Below are positions 25,435 through 31,764 of a stretch of DNA of 31,764 nucleotides, piece by piece. This stretch comes from a virus (taxonomy: Duplodnaviria; Heunggongvirae; Uroviricota; Caudoviricetes): IMG/VR virus record IMGVR_UViG_3300011008_000007; one strand, given 5' to 3'. Below the pieces are notes generated by a model. The model was not told the DNA's origin and did no database searches. It saw nothing but the letters and a program-made list of their open reading frames with translations. Numbering within the stretch: the stretch's first letter is position 1; every line of letters begins with the position of its first letter. The translations under genes and the position numbers were made by a program.

Positions 25435-27644
25435 AAGTAAAAAAGAGAGACGGACGTATTGTTGAATTTAATAAAGACAAAATTGTTTCTGCTGTTTCCA
25501 AGGCTTATAAAGAGGTTGATGACGAACTAACACAAAACGCCATTATATCTATCGAATCATTGGCTGATGAAATCGCAAAACAAAACAAAGAAATTATGAC
25601 GGTTGAAGAAATACAAGACACCGTTGAAAAGAAACTTATGAAAAGTTCCCGAAAAGACGTTGCCAAAGTGTATATCATTTATCGGAATGATAGAACAAGA
25701 ATTAGGGAAGCCAATAGCGTTTTATCAAAAGCTATTGGAGAAAAACTATTTGCAACCAACATTGAAAACCAAAATGCAAACGTTGATGAAGGTTCTTTTG
25801 GCGGCAGAATGGGTGCAGTAACAAGCGTAGTAACAAAGGATTATGCTCTAAAACATTGTATGTCCGAAATGGCACGAAATAATCATCTAAATAATGAGAT
25901 ATATATCCACGATTTAGACCATTATGCAGTCGGCGACCACAACTGTTTATCCATACCTTTTGACAAACTGCTTGCCACGGGATTTAACACAAGACAAACG
26001 GATGTAAGACCCGCACAATCTATTAATACTGCGTTTCAACTTGTAGCTGTTATATTCCAACTGCAAAGTTTGCAGCAATTCGGCGGAGTATCAGCAACAC
26101 ATCTTGATTGGACTATGATTCCATATGTTAGAAAGTCATTTTACAAACACTATGTAGATGGTTGTAAATATCTTGGTCATTTAGATGAAGAGAGTTTGGA
26201 AAAGATTATTGAATATGCCAAAACAAATAATCTTTCTATTGACGATGTATATTTCAAAGAAGATGCCGAAATTTATCAGTATGCTTATGATATGACGGTC
26301 AAAGAAATATATCAAGCCGTTGAGGGTATGTATCATAACTTGAACACCTTACAGTCAAGAAGCGGAAATCAGCTCCCGTTTACGTCAATTAATTATGGCA
26401 CCTGTACTGCAATTGAGGGAAGAATAATTACAAAAGCTCTCTTGGAAGTTTCTATTAAGGGTATTGGAAAGTTACATAAAACTCCAATTTTCCCTTGCGG
26501 TATTTTCCAATTAATGAATGGTGTAAATCGCAAAGAGGGCGACCCAAATTATGACTTATTCAAGCTGGCTCTTAAATCTACTTCATTAAGACTATATCCG
26601 AATTATGCAAATGTAGATTGGTCAGGCAACAATGGTTATGACCGTAATGACCCACAGACGTATTTTAGCACAATGGGCTGTAGAACTGCCAATGGTTTTG
26701 ATATTAATGGATTCGGTCAGTTAAAAGATGGACGAGGTAATATTTGCCCTGTTACTATTATTATGCCTACTTTGGCTATGCAAGCAAAAGAAATGTTTAA
26801 CAACGAATATGATGAACGTATTTCCGATGTATTTTTAGAGTTATTAGATACAAAAATTCACGAAGCCAAAGATATGTTAATTGAAAGATTTCAGTATATT
26901 GCTTCTCAATCTCCAGATTCCGCAAAGTTTATGTATGAAAACGGAACAATGGAAGGCTATGATGGCAAAGATATTATTTCTGCACTAAAGCACGGAACCT
27001 TGGCTATAGGACAGCTTGGACTTGCGGAAACACTACAAATACTTATCGGCTATGACCATACTACAGAAAAGGGTATGGAATTAGCAAAGAAAATCGAACA
27101 GCTCTTTAAAGATAGATGTTCAGAATTTAAACAAGAGTATAAGTTGAATTTCGGCGTCTATTATACACCAGCAGAAAATCTTTGTTTTACGGCAATGACA
27201 AGGTTTAAAGAAAAGTATGGTGAAATACCGAATGTTTCGGATAAAAAATTCTTCACCAATTCAATTCACGTTCCTGTGCAGAAAGAAATTGACCCGTTTG
27301 AGAAGATTGATATAGAATCTCAGCTTACAGGATATTCGAGTGCTGGCTGCATTACATATGTTGAAATAAATGCTGGCATTAAAAACAACATAGAGGCACT
27401 TGAAAGTATAGTCAATTATGCGATGGATAAGGATATTCCTTATTTTGCGGTCAATGTTCCAAATGATATGTGTGTAGACTGCGGATTTACAGATGAGATT
27501 AAAGAAGTCTGTCCTATGTGTGGTTGTGACGAAATTCGCAGACTACGCAGAGTAACAGGCTATCTCACAGGAGATTATAAGACAGCATTTAATGAGGGTA
27601 AACAGGAGGAAGTTGAAATGCGCGTAAAGCATTTTAACGGATAA
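25431..27644 (+). CDS. nrdD: Anaerobic (class III) ribonucleotide reductase with ATP cone
   Basis: KKRDGR ATP cone, HNC, MGCRT, C..C/C..C Zn site and glycyl-radical RRVTGYL. Confidence 0.96.
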   Translation: MKVKKRDGRIVEFNKDKIVSAVSKAYKEVDDELTQNAIISIESLADEIAKQNKEIMTVEEIQDTVEKKLMKSSRKDVAKVYIIYRNDRTRIREANSVLSKAIGEKLFATNIENQNANVDEGSFGGRMGAVTSVVTKDYALKHCMSEMARNNHLNNEIYIHDLDHYAVGDHNCLSIPFDKLLATGFNTRQTDVRPAQSINTAFQLVAVIFQLQSLQQFGGVSATHLDWTMIPYVRKSFYKHYVDGCKYLGHLDEESLEKIIEYAKTNNLSIDDVYFKEDAEIYQYAYDMTVKEIYQAVEGMYHNLNTLQSRSGNQLPFTSINYGTCTAIEGRIITKALLEVSIKGIGKLHKTPIFPCGIFQLMNGVNRKEGDPNYDLFKLALKSTSLRLYPNYANVDWSGNNGYDRNDPQTYFSTMGCRTANGFDINGFGQLKDGRGNICPVTIIMPTLAMQAKEMFNNEYDERISDVFLELLDTKIHEAKDMLIERFQYIASQSPDSAKFMYENGTMEGYDGKDIISALKHGTLAIGQLGLAETLQILIGYDHTTEKGMELAKKIEQLFKDRCSEFKQEYKLNFGVYYTPAENLCFTAMTRFKEKYGEIPNVSDKKFFTNSIHVPVQKEIDPFEKIDIESQLTGYSSAGCITYVEINAGIKNNIEALESIVNYAMDKDIPYFAVNVPNDMCVDCGFTDEIKEVCPMCGCDEIRRLRRVTGYLTGDYKTAFNEGKQEEVEMRVKHFNG

Positions 27645-27646
27645 TA

Positions 27647-28177
27647 ATGAATTATTTACAAATTGAAAAGGCTTCTGTTGCTAATGGCATAGGTGTAAGA
27701 ACCGTATTATGGGTTTCTGGTTGCTCCTTACATTGTAAGGGATGCCAGAACCCTGAAACGTGGGATTTCAATGCAGGAAAACCATTTGATGATAAGGCGA
27801 AGCAAGAATTATTTAGTTATTTATCGTTACCATATATTCGTGGCTTAACTATATCCGGAGGACATCCGCTCGAAGAAAAAAACGTAAGGGCGATTGTAAA
27901 ATTAATATCTGATGTTATAGATATTTTCCCGCAAAAAGATATATGGCTTTATACCGGTCTAAAATTATCTAAAGATATTTTCTTATCTCCTTTTGCGGGC
28001 GAAAGAATTGATGTTTATAGACACGCAGCATTAATATATAGCAATGTAGTTGTAGATGGTGAATATCGAGAAGAACTGAGAGATACAACCCTGCCTTTTC
28101 GCGGTAGTAGTAACCAAAGATTGATAGATGTTAAAAAAACTCTCAATGCAGGGGAAATTGTTTTATATGGAGAATAA
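27647..28177 (+). CDS. nrdG: Anaerobic RNR activase (radical SAM)
   Basis: GCSLHCKGCQNPETW (CxxxCxxC), SGGHP and FRGSSNQR. Confidence 0.95.
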   Translation: MNYLQIEKASVANGIGVRTVLWVSGCSLHCKGCQNPETWDFNAGKPFDDKAKQELFSYLSLPYIRGLTISGGHPLEEKNVRAIVKLISDVIDIFPQKDIWLYTGLKLSKDIFLSPFAGERIDVYRHAALIYSNVVVDGEYREELRDTTLPFRGSSNQRLIDVKKTLNAGEIVLYGE

Positions 28178-28181
28178 TGAA

Positions 28182-28907
28182 ATGAGAAGCACTAAATATT
28201 ACTTAAATTTACTTGGATATAAAGACGAAAAGGATATAGACAATTATTGGAGCAAAGACGATGAAAAAGCGTGGAATGAACACGTCGATTCTCTTTATAA
28301 AGATACAGGTATAAATATTTTTGATATTGCTCCTGACCAAAAAGAAAATGAAGATACTAAGTGTATAGTTGTAAATCTTTTTGGAGCTCCAGGCGCCGGT
28401 AAATCCACAGGTGCGGCTTATATCTTTTCAAAACTCAAAATGAACGGTGTTAATGCCGAACTTGTTACTGAGTTTGCCAAAGATAAGGTGTGGGAAGAAA
28501 ACTCCGAAGTCTTTAAACCCAATAATCAAATCTATCTTTTAGGCAAACAGTTTTACAGAATGAGCCGCTGCAAAGACAAGGTGAATGTAATAGTAACAGA
28601 TAGTCCACTCCCGCTTTCTATACTTTACAATAAAAGCACCGTTTTATCGCAATCTTTTAATGATGTAGTTATGGATTGCTATAACATATTTGATAATATG
28701 AATTATTTTGTTAAAAGGAACAAGCCATATAATCAAGTTGGCAGATTACAGACAGAAGCAGAAAGCGACGTATTGGCGGCAAATTTGATAGGGTTTTTAA
28801 TTGATTCTAATATTGAACACGATGTAGTATATGGCGAAATAACAGAGTATGACAAAATCGTTCGAGAAGTTTTAGAAAGAATAAAAATAAGGAATTTAGG
28901 AGGATAA
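28182..28907 (+). CDS. NadR/AAA_28-like P-loop kinase/ATPase with N-terminal extension
   Basis: NLFGAPGAGKS, ELVTEFAKD.VWE and IVTDSPL. Start set at ATG 28182 (GGAG RBS). Confidence 0.75.
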   Translation: MRSTKYYLNLLGYKDEKDIDNYWSKDDEKAWNEHVDSLYKDTGINIFDIAPDQKENEDTKCIVVNLFGAPGAGKSTGAAYIFSKLKMNGVNAELVTEFAKDKVWEENSEVFKPNNQIYLLGKQFYRMSRCKDKVNVIVTDSPLPLSILYNKSTVLSQSFNDVVMDCYNIFDNMNYFVKRNKPYNQVGRLQTEAESDVLAANLIGFLIDSNIEHDVVYGEITEYDKIVREVLERIKIRNLGG

Positions 28908-28911
28908 ACCA

Positions 28912-29460
28912 ATGGAGAGAGTAGCAAAGTTTGAGAAAGTTAGTTTTAAGCAATTTACAGAAGATTGGATTAAGGCGGTAATTGCTCCACAGAATAGAGA
29001 AGTTACCCAAAAGGATATGGACGAGATACAAGCAATATACGATAATATCAAATTACCAACACGAGCAACTGCGGGTAGCGCTGGCTATGATATTTTTGCT
29101 CCTGTTGATATACATATTCCCGAAAAATCATATGTAAATATGCCAACGGGAATTAGATGTAAAATCGAAGATGGATGGGTGCTGACTGCATATCCGAGAA
29201 GCGGACACGGATTCAAGTGTGGTATAAGATTGGCTAATACTGTCGGAGTGATTGATAGCGACTATTATAATGCAACAAACGAAGGACATATCTTTGTAAA
29301 ACTCGGAAATGAAAGTGTGTTAGGACACGGAAGTACCGTTTGTATTAATCAAGGTGACGCTTTCTGCCAAGGTATTTTCTTACCTTATGGTACGACAGAA
29401 GATGACGAAGCAACGGCTGTCCGAGTTGGCGGATTTGGTAGCACAAGTGCAAAACAATAA
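28912..29460 (+). CDS. dut: Trimeric dUTPase
   Basis: GSAGYD, PRSG, GVIDSDY, GD...QG and RVGGFGST. Confidence 0.93.
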   Translation: MERVAKFEKVSFKQFTEDWIKAVIAPQNREVTQKDMDEIQAIYDNIKLPTRATAGSAGYDIFAPVDIHIPEKSYVNMPTGIRCKIEDGWVLTAYPRSGHGFKCGIRLANTVGVIDSDYYNATNEGHIFVKLGNESVLGHGSTVCINQGDAFCQGIFLPYGTTEDDEATAVRVGGFGSTSAKQ

Positions 29461-29869
29461 TATAAATCCCGCCATTAAAGAATTACAAGATAAAATAACT
29501 CTCGAAATGGCGGGCATTATGAATGAAAACCAAGAACATTATGTTGCAGGATTGTCGGATGCATTGGGTATTATTACACAACATTTAAACGAGCAATTGA
29601 CCGTTGGCACTGAATACTATGTAATTATGCCGGAAGATTCTACAACCAATAAAATTGTTAAAATGCGCCTATATAAGATTACGCAAAAACGCAAATTCTA
29701 TTATAGCTTTACTGCGGACGAAAGATTAAATTGTCCCACTAACGACTTAACACTTTCAAATTTACAAAGTATAAAAATGAGAGTGCATAAAACAGAAAAG
29801 GAAGCAGAAAAGAATAAGGGTATAATGATTTGGCGCAAGGAATTTCGCTCACCATTCAATCTATCGTGA
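29447..29869 (+). CDS. Hypothetical protein (start uncertain)
   Basis: The ORF-track start at 29354 overlaps dut by more than 100 nt; GTG 29447 or ATG 29508 is more plausible. Confidence 0.6.
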   Translation: MQNNNINPAIKELQDKITLEMAGIMNENQEHYVAGLSDALGIITQHLNEQLTVGTEYYVIMPEDSTTNKIVKMRLYKITQKRKFYYSFTADERLNCPTNDLTLSNLQSIKMRVHKTEKEAEKNKGIMIWRKEFRSPFNLS

Positions 29870-29878
29870 GGAATGATT

Positions 29879-29986
29879 ATGGAGAAAAAAGTAAAAATTA
29901 AATGTACGGTTGCTTATGGTAACAAAAACATAAAAGATTTATACATACAATACATTAAATCAAAATTGAAAGAAGAAAATAAATGA
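29879..29986 (+). CDS. 35-aa basic protein upstream of the recombinase (not in the ORF track)
   Basis: GAGG RBS 7 nt before ATG; MEKKVKIKCTVAYGNKNIKDLYIQYIKSKLKEENK. Confidence 0.6.
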   Translation: MEKKVKIKCTVAYGNKNIKDLYIQYIKSKLKEENK

Positions 29987-29994
29987 GATAAATT

Positions 29995-30045
29995 ATGGTT
30001 GACTCTACGATATTATTATAATATAATTATGGTAGTGTCAACCAT
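29995..30045. repeat. 51-bp att-like imperfect palindrome
   Basis: ATGGTTGACTCTAC...GTAGTGTCAACCAT: outer arms match 13/14, whole arms 20/25. Confidence 0.75.
29999..30027 (+). promoter_or_regulatory. Sigma-A/70 promoter of the recombinase gene
   Basis: TTGACT (29999-30004)-N17-TATAAT (30022-30027). Confidence 0.75.
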
Positions 30046-30064
30046 TTTGCTCAGAAAGGAACGT

Positions 30065-31657
30065 ATGAATTATTTAGGGCAAAAGACATATATAGCAGCT
30101 CTTTATGCGCGTTTAAGTTCTGAGGACTTGCAAGAAGGTACAAGCGTATCTATCGAAACCCAAAAGAAAATTCTTGAAGATTATTGCAAGAGTAATGGTA
30201 TTATAATATACAATGTATATGTTGATGATGGATATACGGGTACAAACTTTAACCGTCCGGCATTTAAACGACTTTTAAGAGATTGCGAAAACAAACATTT
30301 TAATATGGTTATTGTTAAAGACCTATCAAGACTTGGCAGAGAACACATTGAAACCGATAACTACATTGAAAAGTATTTTCCCGAACGAAACATCCGCTTT
30401 GTAGCCATTGGTGACGATTACGATAGCGAATCCAAAATGCAAGATTTGGATTTTATTGTCCCTATGCGTAATCTATTCAACCAGTTCTATCCTGCCGATA
30501 CCTCTAAAAAGGTTAGACAGGCGTTTAGGGCAAAGGCTTCAAGGGGCGAGTTCATTGGCGCACAAGCTCCATTTGGATATAAAAAGAGCCAAAAGGATAA
30601 ACACGTTCTAATCATTGATGAAGAAGTTGCGCCGATTGTTCAAAGAATGTTTACCTTAATAGCTTATCACGGGTATGGTTTTACCAAAATTGCTAAATTA
30701 TTTAGTTCTGAGAAAATCTTAACTCCTTCAGCATACCAAGCGCGAAACTCTAATCGCGAGTATAGCAAAAATCCATATGATTGGAATTTGGGTTCTATAA
30801 GGGCTATTATTAATAACGAAACATATCTCGGCAAATTGGTTAGCGGCAAACGTTCTGTTATGTCCTTTAAGAACAAACGGGTAATTAAAAAGGATAGGGA
30901 AGATTGGATAGTAGTTGATAATATGTTTCCGCCGATAATCACACAAGAATTATGGGATGATGCCCACGCGAGAATAGGGGAAAGGAAAAGGGACACCACT
31001 TCTTCTTTCGACAATATTTTTGCGGGATTGATAAGGTGTGATAAATGCGGCAAAGTCTTAGGATTATCTTCTAACAAAAGAGAAAAACCATATTATGTAT
31101 GTGAAACCTATAAAAAGAAAGGTAAACACATATGTACACCGCACTATACATTATATAATGATATATATGATACGGTGCTGCAAAAAATTCAAGAGGTAGT
31201 CGGAGTTATTCAATCCGATGAGTTTGAAATCCAAATTGCAGAAGAAATATTTTCTGAAATGGGGCAAGAAAATAATATCGGAGAGCAGATAAAACAAACC
31301 CAAAGCCAAATCGCTAAAATCAATAACAGATATGAACAAATGTATCAAGATAGACTTGACGGTATTATCTCTGTTGAAAGATTTAAGCAAATGGTTAAAG
31401 GTGATGAAGAAAAATTATCTGAGCTTAAACAAAAACTTGACATCTTGCTTGAAAAAGAAAAAAATCAAAATTCCGCAGAGTCCGCCAAATTAGCCTTTAT
31501 TCAAAAAGTTAAAGATTTAGGCAAAATTACTTCTCTTGACAGAGTTATTCTTAACACGCTGATTGATAAAATAGTAATCAGCAACAGAGAAATGGTGGAC
31601 GGCGAATATACGCAGAATATTATTATTCATTTCAAATTCAGTAACTTCTCTAACTGA
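30065..31657 (+). CDS. Large serine recombinase (integrase)
   Basis: ALYARLSSED (catalytic Ser), DDGYTGTNFNRP, VKDLSRLGR, recombinase domain, Zn ribbon CDKCG...YYVC...CT.H and coiled coil. Start set at ATG 30065 (AAGGA RBS). Confidence 0.95.
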   Translation: MNYLGQKTYIAALYARLSSEDLQEGTSVSIETQKKILEDYCKSNGIIIYNVYVDDGYTGTNFNRPAFKRLLRDCENKHFNMVIVKDLSRLGREHIETDNYIEKYFPERNIRFVAIGDDYDSESKMQDLDFIVPMRNLFNQFYPADTSKKVRQAFRAKASRGEFIGAQAPFGYKKSQKDKHVLIIDEEVAPIVQRMFTLIAYHGYGFTKIAKLFSSEKILTPSAYQARNSNREYSKNPYDWNLGSIRAIINNETYLGKLVSGKRSVMSFKNKRVIKKDREDWIVVDNMFPPIITQELWDDAHARIGERKRDTTSSFDNIFAGLIRCDKCGKVLGLSSNKREKPYYVCETYKKKGKHICTPHYTLYNDIYDTVLQKIQEVVGVIQSDEFEIQIAEEIFSEMGQENNIGEQIKQTQSQIAKINNRYEQMYQDRLDGIISVERFKQMVKGDEEKLSELKQKLDILLEKEKNQNSAESAKLAFIQKVKDLGKITSLDRVILNTLIDKIVISNREMVDGEYTQNIIIHFKFSNFSN

Positions 31658-31701
31658 AACATCGGGTCTGTTGATTAATTTAGAGAAGTAAAAAAATAGA
31701 C

Positions 31702-31717
31702 CAAAATGGTTGACACT
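31702..31717. repeat. 16-bp perfect inverted repeat of 30034-30049 (att half-site candidate)
   Basis: CAAAATGGTTGACACT is the reverse complement of AGTGTCAACCATTTTG. Confidence 0.85.
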
Positions 31718-31730
31718 TAAAATTACATAT

Positions 31731-31764
31731 TCCTCCATAGCTCAGTTGGTAGAGCGCGTGACTG
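31731..31764 (+). tRNA. tRNA 5' half, probably tRNA-Asn(GTT), truncated by the window edge
   Basis: TCCTCCA-TA-GCTC-AGTTGGTA-GAGC-G-CGTGA-CTG: acceptor strand, D-arm and anticodon stem. Only the first anticodon base (G) is visible; Asn is inferred from the TCC acceptor start. Confidence 0.85.

Larger units (their letters stand above)
1..31730. mobile_element. Large temperate phage/prophage early, replication and integration region; the right boundary may be at the tRNA 5' end
   Basis: Phage-type gene set (Sak-like SSAP, SSB, own helicase/primase/DnaE, thyX, nrdDG, dut, orphan MTases, ImmA/ImmR, large serine recombinase) in a dense co-oriented layout, ending next to a tRNA. No structural genes are in the window. 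Confidence 0.85.

Noticed and set aside
19935-27644. Inteins or group I introns in dnaE, thyX or nrdD
   Set aside because: The ORFs are continuous and of normal length, with no C/S...HN intein ends or LAGLIDADG/HNH inserts seen.
10076-30064. Longest-ORF starts at 10076, 10753, 15147, 23866, 28128, 29354 and 29999
   Set aside because: They overlap upstream genes or promoters and lack RBSs. Downstream starts with good Shine-Dalgarno spacing and domain boundaries were used instead.
31667-31702. Terminator after the recombinase (GGTCTGTT...AATAGACC)
   Set aside because: The loop is about 20 nt and no U-tract follows on the + strand.
31695-31730. Promoter for the tRNA supplied by the element end
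   Set aside because: TAAAAT (31718-31723) has only TAGACC at 15-nt spacing, and TTGACA (31710-31715) has no -10 at 16-18 nt. Not supportable.
70-31738. Many 60-174 aa ORFs from the track that are antisense or out of frame within larger genes (e.g. 7008..7394, 23644..24168, 30667..31077)
   Set aside because: They are fully nested in well-supported genes, lack RBSs or recognisable motifs, and are expected shadow ORFs.

Overview
AT-rich (about one-third GC by eye), densely coding, almost entirely + strand segment of a large temperate Firmicutes/Clostridia-type phage or prophage. No virion or conjugation genes are in view, so a phage-like integrative element cannot be excluded. From left to right: a VWA + divergent PurA-like pair; an orphan DNA methyltransferase whose 5' end is frameshifted; an ImmA/ImmR-like switch with face-to-face promoters and repeated operators; an RNA/tRNA end-repair island (RlaP-type nucleotidyltransferase, an unannotated PolB/Thg1-like palm protein, CCA-adding enzyme, RNA ligase, PNK-HD); two more orphan methyltransferases; a self-contained replisome (Sak-like SSAP, SSB, HD protein, DnaB-like helicase, primase, PD-(D/E)XK nuclease, DnaE); an anaerobic dNTP-supply block (thyX, gmk-like, nrdDG, dut); and a large serine recombinase. 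The recombinase is bracketed by a 16-bp perfect inverted repeat, has a 51-bp att-like palindrome over its promoter, and is followed by the 5' end of a probable tRNA-Asn at the window edge. The best candidates for new biology are the palm-fold protein inside the repressor-controlled RNA-repair operon, the att-like architecture around the recombinase/tRNA junction, and the PurA-like enzyme with altered substrate motifs. All calls are from manual motif reading; no database searches were run.
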